64,000 bases of DNA from an uncultured Clostridia bacterium. Lineage in GTDB: Bacteria > Bacillota > Clostridia > Christensenellales > JAWKQI01. A program made the position numbers and the translations under genes. Positions 1 to 8,345 of this stretch are shown here, piece after piece. Numbering within the stretch: the stretch's first letter is position 1; each line of letters begins with the position of its first letter. The notes under the pieces are model-generated. The model was not told where the DNA came from and searched no databases. It worked only from the letters and a program-made list of their open reading frames with translations. The DNA is taken from the NCBI GenBank assembly GCA_964453645.1, contig CAYVRJ010000002.1, positions 25,583 to 89,582 of the forward strand, given 5' to 3'.

Positions 1-160
1 CAGTATGCGTGATCTTTTATTCAATGTCAAGTTTAGAAAATATCTTGTTATTATTTAAATTGTTACAAAAACTCTGTTAGTTATTACAACTTCTCGCAGG
101 GCGGAAATTTTCTGATAAAACTAATGAGATTGAGCGTTTAAAACTTAAGGAGGCAATCAA

Positions 161-472
161 ATGCAATTATCAACAACGGAACACTTAAGAGGCAGGGAAC
201 TGGAAGAATTGGGTCTTGTTCAAGGCAATATTGTTCAAGCTAAGCATATTGGCAAAGATTTTATGGCAGTGGGAAGAATGATTGTGGGAGGTGAGATTCA
301 GCAATATACGGACTTATTAAAAGAAGCCCGCAGAACCGCAACTGAACGAATGATACAGGAGGCGAAAGACATGGGGGCAGATGCAATTGTTTGTGTTCGT
401 TATGCAACTTCCTCAATTATGGATACGGCTTCTGAGGTTATGGCATATGGAACCGCAGTAAAATTCATATAA
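161..472 (+). CDS. YbjQ/UPF0145-family small protein
   Basis: 103-aa ORF with AAGGAGG upstream of the ATG. Sequence pattern (GGEIQ..., GADAIV.VRY) matches my memory of the YbjQ_1 family. Confidence 0.7.
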   Translation: MQLSTTEHLRGRELEELGLVQGNIVQAKHIGKDFMAVGRMIVGGEIQQYTDLLKEARRTATERMIQEAKDMGADAIVCVRYATSSIMDTASEVMAYGTAVKFI

Positions 473-558
473 CATACCCGCTTCATTTAATCAAGCTTGC
501 CTTCGACGGATTGGCAAGCTTGATTATTGCGGTAATAGATTTAATTTTGGAGGTAAAA

Positions 559-2370
559 ATGAAACCAATAAAACATATTGTTATTTCAATGATTTTAATT
601 GTTCTGGTGTTATGTTCAAGCATACCAGCCTATGCCGCCGACTTACCCCCAAGCTTGTCTGATAAACAGCTTGAGCAAACAATTGATGCTTATGTTGAGG
701 AGCATAAAGATACAACGGCGGCCGTATCCATTGGGATTTTCACCAAGGACAGCGTTCTGTTTGAGAAATCCTACGGCTATGCATATATTGAAGAAAATGT
801 GCCAAACGATGCAGATACAGTCATTGAATGGGGTTCGTCTTCGAAGTTATTGGTTTGGGTAAGTGTTATGCAATTAGTGGAGCAGGGTAAGCTTGATTTA
901 AACGCTGATATCCGAACATATCTGCCCGAAGGTTTCCTCAAGAAGTTGAGGTATGATGATAAAATCACGTTAACACATCTGATGAATCACACAGGTGGTT
1001 GGCAGGAATCTGTTATGGGCTTGTTTGCGGCTAGCTCTGATGAAATATTAACACTTGAGAATGCGATTAAGGTGTTAGAACCAGCCCAGGTTTTCAGGCC
1101 TGGAGAAGCTGTGGCCTACAGCAATTTTGGCGCATCGCTGGCCGGATATATTGTTGAGCGCATTTCAGGCAAACCATTTTATGAATATGTTCACAACAAT
1201 ATTTTTCTGCCCCTTGGTATGGAACATACTGCTTTGAAGGCCGATTGGTCAGATAATCCATGGGTGCAGAACCAGCGTCAAAAGTTGTATTGTTACGACA
1301 TAAACAACAATCCCATTGGAAAAGCGGACTTTCATATTCAGAGCTATTCTGCCGGGGCTGGAGTCGGAACAATCTCGGATTATGTAACGTTTGGTCAGGC
1401 ACTACTGCCAGACAGTAGGGGTGGTACAGTACTGTTTAACAAGCCCGAAACACTAGCCCAATTTTATGAGCCAACCAATTATTATCCAGATGGAACGCCA
1501 AGAAATCGACACGGCATGTTGGCTTCACCAATTTTGAAAGGAAATGTAGCAGGTCATGCGGGGCACACCATTGGCTGCTCGTCTAATCTGCTTATTGATT
1601 TGGACAATGGTTTTGGAATGGTTGTGATGACCAACCAAGATCATGAACTACACTATAACAAGGGATTATTTGAGGAGATATTTGGCACGATTGAGTTGGG
1701 AACTGATGGAAGCTACCCTGACTCTGTGACAGGTGTTTATAGAAAAACACGTAGTTTTATACTAGGAATGCAAAAGGTAGTTGGTTATCTTAGTTATTTT
1801 GGCGTCCTCCAGAATGACGAAGCCTTTGCACAGATACGTCCCGGAGTGTTTTTATCTTACGTTAACAATGACAGAGACTTATTGTTTGCAGATTATGACA
1901 CAGAGGGGAATGTTCAAACCCTAAATGCCTTTGTCTTTGATTATCAGCGGGAAAGCTTTGTTTTGTATATTATCAGCACAATTACACTGATTTTGCTCAT
2001 TATTGCTGTTCTCTACAGCTTTGTTTATCTGATTATTGCGTTAATTCGCCTAATTAGAAGGAGAAAAACTCCGTTGAATGCATGGCGGTTGGTTTTATGC
2101 TTCTCAACAATACTTACAGTGGTGAATTTGCTCATATTCTTCTCCAGCACACAGTCATTTTCTGCTACGCCCACCTCGTTTTTGATCAACGGGTTAATCT
2201 TTATATTGCTGGGGCTTATTGCGGTTGCTTATGCTATCATTGTAGCAATGAAATGGAAATTGCTTGATCTAACAAAAAAGCAAAAGGCTGGCTTGATTTT
2301 TAACGGTGTAATGGGGTTAATTGCCACAATTAATATAATCTACTGGCAACTCTGGATGTTTTGGATATAA
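559..2370 (+). CDS. Serine hydrolase of the class C beta-lactamase/PBP family with a polytopic C-terminal membrane domain
   Basis: GGAGG precedes the ATG at 559. Signal peptide ends in AYA-AD. SxxK (SSSK) and YSN motifs are present. The C-terminal ~130 aa form several hydrophobic helices. The ORF-track start at 511 is probably too early. Confidence 0.75.
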   Translation: MKPIKHIVISMILIVLVLCSSIPAYAADLPPSLSDKQLEQTIDAYVEEHKDTTAAVSIGIFTKDSVLFEKSYGYAYIEENVPNDADTVIEWGSSSKLLVWVSVMQLVEQGKLDLNADIRTYLPEGFLKKLRYDDKITLTHLMNHTGGWQESVMGLFAASSDEILTLENAIKVLEPAQVFRPGEAVAYSNFGASLAGYIVERISGKPFYEYVHNNIFLPLGMEHTALKADWSDNPWVQNQRQKLYCYDINNNPIGKADFHIQSYSAGAGVGTISDYVTFGQALLPDSRGGTVLFNKPETLAQFYEPTNYYPDGTPRNRHGMLASPILKGNVAGHAGHTIGCSSNLLIDLDNGFGMVVMTNQDHELHYNKGLFEEIFGTIELGTDGSYPDSVTGVYRKTRSFILGMQKVVGYLSYFGVLQNDEAFAQIRPGVFLSYVNNDRDLLFADYDTEGNVQTLNAFVFDYQRESFVLYIISTITLILLIIAVLYSFVYLIIALIRLIRRRKTPLNAWRLVLCFSTILTVVNLLIFFSSTQSFSATPTSFLINGLIFILLGLIAVAYAIIVAMKWKLLDLTKKQKAGLIFNGVMGLIATINIIYWQLWMFWI

Positions 2371-2424
2371 TTAAGTTTACTTATCACAATAAACAAACTC
2401 AATATTAAAGGGCAGGAGCAAAAC

Positions 2425-3183
2425 CTAATCGGCTTTGCTCAGAGATATAAGTTCTTTGATATTGACATGGGGATTCAAATAACGCACTCTGTCCTTGATG
2501 GATTTCTTCCAATCAATTGCATGAGTCGGACACGCATGGATACACGCCAAACAATGCTCGCAGTTGTGCTGATAAAGAGGGTGCTTGCCTGCAACAATGA
2601 TATTACTTACAGGGCAGACCTTTTGGCAAATACCGCAGCCTGTACACTGCCCTGAAACAGTAAATCCTTTGTCACAATCTCCTTTTCGTGCGGGGTAAAA
2701 CCTGTACATCATGTGGTTGATGACCGAGTATTTTTGTATTTTGCTATGTACACGGTTTTTAATAGCGGGTAGGATTGATTCAATATCATGGTCTACCCGC
2801 TTGTGAAGGGGATCATTACTGTTGGTCTTATAATATAAAATGTAGTTTTCTACAGACTTTATTTTATTGCCATAATGAAGCCTCAGCCCTTTTTGCTGAA
2901 GTAGGTTATCCACTCTGCCTTCCACTCCATATATGATGCCGCCGTAGGTAATCACTGTGAAGATGTACGCCTGTTTATTCGTGATTTGAAGGGTGCGTAG
3001 GAAGGTGTCCACTAGCTTGGGCAGTCCCCAAAAATATGCAGGAAATACAAAGCCAATGGTGCCATCCTCACAGATCTGTCCCGGCCGGTTCATAGGTAAT
3101 ATATCTGCACCAATGCCCTCCGCTAACTTTTTTGCAATATACAGGCTATTGCCTGTGGAAGAAAAACAAAATATCTTTGCCAT
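2425..3183 (-). CDS. Flavodoxin-like/2x[4Fe-4S] ferredoxin fusion protein (EFR1-like)
   Basis: N-terminus MAKIFCFSSTGNS is flavodoxin-like. Two CxxCxxCxxxCP motifs are present (CTGCGICQKVCP, CEHCLACIHACP). Confidence 0.7.
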   Translation of the reverse strand: MAKIFCFSSTGNSLYIAKKLAEGIGADILPMNRPGQICEDGTIGFVFPAYFWGLPKLVDTFLRTLQITNKQAYIFTVITYGGIIYGVEGRVDNLLQQKGLRLHYGNKIKSVENYILYYKTNSNDPLHKRVDHDIESILPAIKNRVHSKIQKYSVINHMMYRFYPARKGDCDKGFTVSGQCTGCGICQKVCPVSNIIVAGKHPLYQHNCEHCLACIHACPTHAIDWKKSIKDRVRYLNPHVNIKELISLSKAD

Positions 3184-3201
3184 AATACATACCTCTACTT
3201 T

Positions 3202-3648
3202 TTATTTGTTGTGGCTTGGGTTCGTACCCATGATGTCGTCATAGATTTTCTTTACAAAAGCATCTATTTGATATTCATTATCAATATAACACTGAATATC
3301 GTCCACCATGGGAAGGAGCTTCATGAGAAGCCCGATAATGTGTTGATAATTTTTTACCATGTGACCGAGCATCTCAACCTTGGAAGACAATATGGTTTTG
3401 GCAACCACGTTGCATTCTGGAGTTGGTTCACGATCAAATAATTCAAAAATAGATTTTATTTCCGCCAATGAAAATTGTGCGTACTTCATGACCGTCACAT
3501 ATTGTAATCTATATAAATCTTCTTCGTCATAGTATCGATAGCCATTGTCACTTCGCTTTGGTGAAACTAAACCCAGCTTATCATAATAGCGCAGCGAATC
3601 TGTTGGAATACCGGTGGTTTTAGACACTTGCTTAATTGTATATTCCAT
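3202..3648 (-). CDS. MerR-family transcriptional regulator
   Basis: MEYTIKQVSKTTGIPTDSLRYYDKLGL is a MerR helix-turn-helix. GGAGG lies just upstream of the ATG at 3648. The ORF-track start at 3747 runs through the promoter. Confidence 0.85.
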   Translation of the reverse strand: MEYTIKQVSKTTGIPTDSLRYYDKLGLVSPKRSDNGYRYYDEEDLYRLQYVTVMKYAQFSLAEIKSIFELFDREPTPECNVVAKTILSSKVEMLGHMVKNYQHIIGLLMKLLPMVDDIQCYIDNEYQIDAFVKKIYDDIMGTNPSHNK

Positions 3649-3670
3649 TTCTAACCTCCCTCTGAATGCA

Positions 3671-3701
3671 ATTATAACATTGGAGTGCACTCGAATGTCA
3701 A
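3671..3701 (-). promoter_or_regulatory. MerR-type promoter: TTGACA, 19-bp spacer, TATAAT, with a dyad operator in the spacer
   Basis: On the minus strand, TTGACA is at 3701-3696 and TATAAT at 3676-3671. The 19-nt spacer lies inside the dyad ACATTCGAGTGCACTCCAATGT (one mismatch). An overlong spacer is the MerR hallmark. Confidence 0.6.
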
Positions 3702-3837
3702 TAGGAAAAGATGAATCAAAACAAATAAACAATTTAATCGTGAGCATCTATTGCATAACAGTCGCATTGGAAAACCCTATGCTGGTTCCGTTGCCATCCT
3801 CTTAATTTTTTTTTATATTGGTATAATAGAGCTAATC

Positions 3838-3906
3838 AGGGAGTTAAAAATACCATTTAACTCCCTTTCTGGTTCGGTTAAATATCTGAATAAATTTAAC
3901 CGAATC
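3838..3906. repeat. Two adjacent AT-rich palindromes sharing a GTTAAA...TTTAAC core
   Basis: AGGGAGTTAAA-N7-TTTAACTCCCT is at 3838-3866. GGTTCGGTTAAAT-N10-ATTTAACCGAATC is at 3871-3906. They lie in the divergent merR/kinase intergenic region. Confidence 0.5.
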
Positions 3907-3909
3907 TCA

Positions 3910-3944
3910 GAAAATCTTCACAACCGTTTGTATTATCTTCACAA
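3910..3944 (+). promoter_or_regulatory. Conserved 35-bp box, copy 1: two TTCACAA heptads phased 21 bp apart, upstream of the kinase operon
   Basis: GAAAATCTTCACAACCGTTTGTATTATCTTCACAA matches 7642-7676 at 34 of 35 positions. A -10-like TATACT is at 3983-3988 and a poor -35 (TTTCGT) at 3960-3965. Confidence 0.6.
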
Positions 3945-4018
3945 TTGTTCAGCAAAGCGTTTCGTGTATGAAACCATTGTGATATACTGTAAAAGTATTA
4001 TCATGTGGGGAGAAAACC

Positions 4019-6844
4019 ATGAGTGAATTAAATGTTGAGAAGTTATGTCTTGGTTGCATGAACGAGAATACGGAAATCGTGTGCAAATTGTGTGGTTTTG
4101 ATGAAAGTCACTATTCTCCTTCTGCAAATCACTTGCCCCTTAGAACCATACTCAATGGAAAGTATCTCGTTGGTCGGGTGCTGGGCGAAGGTGGTTTTGG
4201 CATTACATACATTGGTTTGGATTTAAACCTAGACTTAAAAGTTGCAGTGAAGGAATACTATCCATCTGGTTTTGTGTCCAGAGACGCAACACACTCAACT
4301 GTCACTCCCTTTATGGGTGAACCCACCGAAGTATTTGAAACGGGTAAAGCTAAGTTTATTAATGAAGCGAAAAGTCTTGCTAAGTTCCGTGCACTGCCGG
4401 GCATCGTTGCCGTGAACGACTTCTTTATGGAAAACGGCACAGCATATATCGTTATGGAGTATGTGGACGGACAGACATTGAAAACGTACTTAACCACAAA
4501 CAAACTTTCTTCCCAGCAAGTATTCGATATGATGTACCCCGTGATGCAATCGTTGGCCTACGTTCATCAAGCGGGGATGATCCATCGGGATATTTCACCC
4601 GACAATATTATGATCACCCACGACGGACAGATCAAACTATTGGATTTTGGTGCGGCAAGGGATTTTGCCGACAGCGGAAACAAAAGCCTATCCGTGTTAT
4701 TAAAGTTGGGGTATGCCCCTTCGGAGCAATACTCCTCCAAAGGAATTCAAGGCCCTTGGACGGATATTTATGCACTGTGTGCAACGATCTATAAGATTAT
4801 AACAGGCATTACACCCGATGAATCCATTGATCGTTTACACAGCGATGAACTCAAACCACCATCAAAGTTGGGTATTGCCATCAACCCTTTGCAAGAAAAA
4901 GCATTGTTAAAGGGCATGTCCGTGATGAAGGACGATCGGTTTCAGTCCGTTCCCGAACTGATGGCAGCCATATATCCCCAGCGTAATTCCGAAGTAACCG
5001 TTCCATATAGAGAACAAAAATCAATCAAACCTGTTAAACCTGCAACACAACCAAAGCAAGCAAAACAACCCGTTGTCCAGCGTGCACCTAGGCCGGCAGT
5101 TGAAAGGCCTGTTAGGCAAGTTATACCCAAAGAGAAAAAGCCGTTAAATAAGAAGCTTATTACGGGCATTGCTTGTGGTGCAGGGGTTATACTCATTGCT
5201 GCTGTGATTGCGCTATCTTTACCCAAGGGGGAGGTGCAAACGACCGGTGAGCAACCTGTTGCAACTCAACAATTGGTATCGAACGACTCTGAAATACTCC
5301 AAATCGAAGAAGTCAAACAGTTGTTAGACTTCGCTCAAAAAGGCAATTATGACGAGATGAATAAACTGCTTGAGAATGAAACAGTAATTGATGCGCTTTC
5401 GTATGACGAGGGCGTGAGTGAGGTTGTCTATACCAGCGTTCGGGACGGCAAGGGTATTGGGTTGTATACCGGGCCATATGTTTATGTTGGTGAGTTTAAG
5501 GATGGTTTGCGCAGTGGCCACGGTTCGTGGTTTGGCAGTGGTTTGTGGGCAAGTGCAAGTTATACCTTTGAAGGGGAATGGGCAAACGATTTACCCAACG
5601 GGCAAGGGTTGGAAAAATGGGATCATCTGCAAAGAGAGGAAAAGGAAGAGGGCAAAACCTATTCGATGTTGACCTCCGTTGAAGGGGAATTAAAAGATGG
5701 TTATTTTAACGGCAACGTTATAGAAACTTGGGAAATGGATTCGGGAGAAAAACATCAATGGAACATCAACACAGAATTAGGAAATACAACGGAAGAAGTA
5801 GTTTACTGCACGGTTTGTGATGCGGATTTAACGTTGGATGATTATATTTATGGAGTAGAGGGTTTTGTGCCCATCACGAATCAGTCTGATGATGCCGAAG
5901 TCGAAGAACCTGAAGCAACTGAAGAACCCGAAGCAACGAAAGAACCCGAACCAACTCCCGAGCCTACAAAGGAGAGCTGGCACTACACCCCCGCAGTGAT
6001 TAACGAAATAAACGAGGTGGGAAACACACCTGCCAACATTGCAAACCTTGGCTTAGCCACCACCCAAGGAGAGTGGATTTATTTCAGCAGTCGCGGCATT
6101 TATAAAACAAGCTTGGATAGAACCGAAGTAATCAAAGTGACAAACGACTCATGCCATTATTTAAACGTGGTGGGCGATTATATCTATTATAAAAATTACG
6201 ATGACAACGGTTATTTATACAGGATCAAGACAGACGGCACGGACAGGAAGCGATTAAATAAGCACTTAAGCGATAATATCATCGTATATGGAGATGAAAT
6301 CTATTATCTGTTTGGCATCAAATCAGATTACGGAAAGTATAAGAAAGAAAACGGTTTATACCGCATCAAAACAGATGGTTCAGGACAAAAACAGTTGAGT
6401 AGTGATATAGCAAAAGCCATCCATTTGGTCGGGGATGAGCTTTTCTACCGCGACCGAACCGATGGATTCATCTACAAAATAAAGACCAACGGAACGGGAC
6501 GTCAGAAGGTTTATGGAGAGAAAAGCACCAGCCTCTTCATCGACGGCGACTTTATCTACTGTTATACTGACACCGGATTAAAAAAAATGAAGATTGACGG
6601 CTCATCAGTGGAGAAGTTTTCTGGTGCCGGTATTATTCAGAATTTTGACAGCGACTATTTCTATTCACCAGGCTCATACAGCGAAGGCTTATTCCGTGCA
6701 AATAAGGATGGCACGGATAGGCAAAAGATCCGAGATTCTAAAGGATTTAATGATAAAGTATCATGGATTCACGTTGTCAATGATTATTTGATATATCAAA
6801 ATGGAAGTGCATTGTCGTGGCACAAGAAAGGGACGGTGCAATAG
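4019..6844 (+). CDS. Membrane Ser/Thr protein kinase: N-terminal zinc ribbon, kinase domain, TM helix, MORN repeats, DUF5050-like beta-propeller
   Basis: CxxC-N8-CxxC at aa 10-25. Kinase motifs GEGGFG, VAVK, HRDISPDN, DFG and APSE are present. One TM helix (LITGIACGAGVILIAAVIALSL). MORN-like repeats (YVGEFKDGLRSGHG, YTFEGEWANDLPNGQG). An acidic EPEAT linker. Six to seven C-terminal repeats of the form GD.IYY...LYRIKTDG. Confidence 0.9.
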   Translation: MSELNVEKLCLGCMNENTEIVCKLCGFDESHYSPSANHLPLRTILNGKYLVGRVLGEGGFGITYIGLDLNLDLKVAVKEYYPSGFVSRDATHSTVTPFMGEPTEVFETGKAKFINEAKSLAKFRALPGIVAVNDFFMENGTAYIVMEYVDGQTLKTYLTTNKLSSQQVFDMMYPVMQSLAYVHQAGMIHRDISPDNIMITHDGQIKLLDFGAARDFADSGNKSLSVLLKLGYAPSEQYSSKGIQGPWTDIYALCATIYKIITGITPDESIDRLHSDELKPPSKLGIAINPLQEKALLKGMSVMKDDRFQSVPELMAAIYPQRNSEVTVPYREQKSIKPVKPATQPKQAKQPVVQRAPRPAVERPVRQVIPKEKKPLNKKLITGIACGAGVILIAAVIALSLPKGEVQTTGEQPVATQQLVSNDSEILQIEEVKQLLDFAQKGNYDEMNKLLENETVIDALSYDEGVSEVVYTSVRDGKGIGLYTGPYVYVGEFKDGLRSGHGSWFGSGLWASASYTFEGEWANDLPNGQGLEKWDHLQREEKEEGKTYSMLTSVEGELKDGYFNGNVIETWEMDSGEKHQWNINTELGNTTEEVVYCTVCDADLTLDDYIYGVEGFVPITNQSDDAEVEEPEATEEPEATKEPEPTPEPTKESWHYTPAVINEINEVGNTPANIANLGLATTQGEWIYFSSRGIYKTSLDRTEVIKVTNDSCHYLNVVGDYIYYKNYDDNGYLYRIKTDGTDRKRLNKHLSDNIIVYGDEIYYLFGIKSDYGKYKKENGLYRIKTDGSGQKQLSSDIAKAIHLVGDELFYRDRTDGFIYKIKTNGTGRQKVYGEKSTSLFIDGDFIYCYTDTGLKKMKIDGSSVEKFSGAGIIQNFDSDYFYSPGSYSEGLFRANKDGTDRQKIRDSKGFNDKVSWIHVVNDYLIYQNGSALSWHKKGTVQ

Positions 6845-6912
6845 ACGACATGGAAAAAAGATCGTTGCGTGGGATAATTCTTTTGCTAAAAGTAGAAAAA
6901 TAGGAGATTCAT

Positions 6913-7617
6913 ATGAAAAAAATTATTACTTTAGCACTCATCATTGTTATAGTCATGTCGTGCGGCTGTTCAGCACTGATCAATTCGTTTCTGGGTAACA
7001 GCCCAGCATCGAAGCAAACCCCTATACAAACAGCTAAACCTGTGATAGAGCCTGCGCCAACGCCAATAATAGAGCCAACGCCCATACCCGAGGTTGAGCC
7101 GGAACCCGAGGAAACGCCGGAGCCAACAACCGCCCCCACGCCCGAATCAACGGTTAATCATCCAACGCCCAAACCAACGGAAAACCCTAACCCAGGAGAA
7201 ACCATTGAGGATCTGACGGGTGGTTTCACCCCCAAGACGATCTACATCGACCCAAAAAGCAAATATAACGGAGAAAGCATTAAAAAAGGCAAGTGGATTC
7301 GAGAGGACGGTCGAGCGGTCTTGTTCATCGAATTTGGGTTTTCAAACTATGAGTTTGGCTTTGAGTGTTATGTGCTGCCCGATCGGTATATGGAGTTTTT
7401 ATATGCCAGTGCAGCCGATGTGGACTATAATGACAAGACCAAAGCATACGACCAGTACGCACAGGAAGGCGAAGAGTTTACCCTCAAAGCCGTGTCCGAT
7501 GGCCTTTTGGAGATATCCACAAACAAAGCTTTCCGCACAGCGTTCTATAATATGGACTACGACAAACCAAAAGGTCAGACCGAGATTCCGGACGGAAAGT
7601 ATTATTTTGTAAAGTAA
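6913..7617 (+). CDS. Lipoprotein with a Pro-rich linker and an uncharacterised C-terminal domain
   Basis: AGGAG RBS. Signal peptide MKKIITLALIIVIVMSCGCSA has a lipobox. A PT/PE-rich linker follows. No promoter or terminator separates it from the kinase gene. Confidence 0.7.
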   Translation: MKKIITLALIIVIVMSCGCSALINSFLGNSPASKQTPIQTAKPVIEPAPTPIIEPTPIPEVEPEPEETPEPTTAPTPESTVNHPTPKPTENPNPGETIEDLTGGFTPKTIYIDPKSKYNGESIKKGKWIREDGRAVLFIEFGFSNYEFGFECYVLPDRYMEFLYASAADVDYNDKTKAYDQYAQEGEEFTLKAVSDGLLEISTNKAFRTAFYNMDYDKPKGQTEIPDGKYYFVK

Positions 7618-7641
7618 ACGAATTTTGATGCTGTAGATTTT

Positions 7642-7676
7642 GAAAATATTCACAACCGTTTGTATTATCTTCACAA
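7642..7676 (+). promoter_or_regulatory. Conserved 35-bp box, copy 2, upstream of the PDZ-lipoprotein gene
   Basis: GAAAATATTCACAACCGTTTGTATTATCTTCACAA. The -10-like TAGACT at 7715-7720 is at the same distance as in copy 1. The -35 position reads TTTCAT (7692-7697). Confidence 0.6.
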
Positions 7677-7774
7677 GTTTGCAAACGGTTGTTTCATATT
7701 AACTGCAAGTATGATAGACTGGTATAAATACGGTATATAACATATAAATTCATATTTAAGCTCGGAGGTTTCGT

Positions 7775-8281
7775 GTGAAAAGAATTATAGCTTTAGTAAC
7801 AATCGTTGTCGTGTTGCTCTCATGTGGTTGCTCAGCATTGGTGAACAATATGCTGAATACTGCTAAAGAAGAACAAAGTGTTTCCAGTGAAAAAGAAACT
7901 GAAAAGGAAACGCAAGAAGTGTCAAACGAAAAACCGTCTGACTCAAGTAATTCATCGGGCAGTGGATCGTCCAGTAAAAAGAAATCATTCCCAATAGTGG
8001 GAAATTCCATTCGTGTTTTATCCAAAGAAGAGATGGCTGAGTTTAACACAACTTCATCCCTATGTGTTTTCAACGTTCCGTCAAAATCTCCAGCAGGGGA
8101 AGCTGGCATGAAAAAGGGTGACATTATAACACACGTAAACGATGAGCAAGTAAATACATACGAAGAGTACCAGCAATTGATGGAAACAATTGCGGGAGGT
8201 TCCGTCATCAAGTATACCATGCTTCGGGATGGCAAGGCCATTGAACTCAATGTAGCTTCCTTAGACATGGCCGATTATTAA
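7775..8281 (+). CDS. Lipoprotein with a PDZ domain
   Basis: GTG start after GGAGG. Leader MKRIIALVTIVVVLLSCGCSAL. The C-terminal segment (SPAGEAGMKKGDIITHVNDEQV) is PDZ-like. Confidence 0.75.
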   Translation: MKRIIALVTIVVVLLSCGCSALVNNMLNTAKEEQSVSSEKETEKETQEVSNEKPSDSSNSSGSGSSSKKKSFPIVGNSIRVLSKEEMAEFNTTSSLCVFNVPSKSPAGEAGMKKGDIITHVNDEQVNTYEEYQQLMETIAGGSVIKYTMLRDGKAIELNVASLDMADY

Positions 8282-8306
8282 GTTAAATTCATCTCAGTTT
8301 TAAAAA

Positions 8307-8339
8307 ACAACCCCCAAACAACTTCGTTTGAGGGGTTGT
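8307..8339. terminator. Hairpin between convergent genes (probable bidirectional terminator)
   Basis: ACAACCCCCAAAC...GTTTGAGGGGTTGT stem with an A-run on the upstream side. Confidence 0.55.
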
Positions 8340-8345
8340 CAATCA

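Noticed and set aside
3751-4026. 91-aa plus-strand ORF in the merR/kinase intergenic region
   Set aside because: It runs through the palindromes, the heptad box and the -10 element. It has no RBS, and its AT-rich translation is not protein-like.
5881-5960. Tandem ~18-bp DNA repeats (GAAGAACCxGAAGCAACx), with similar Pro-codon repeats at 7040-7140 and 27300-27360
   Set aside because: They are in-frame and encode the EPEAT/PEPT low-complexity linkers of the kinase and lipoproteins. They are not CRISPR-like or regulatory repeats.
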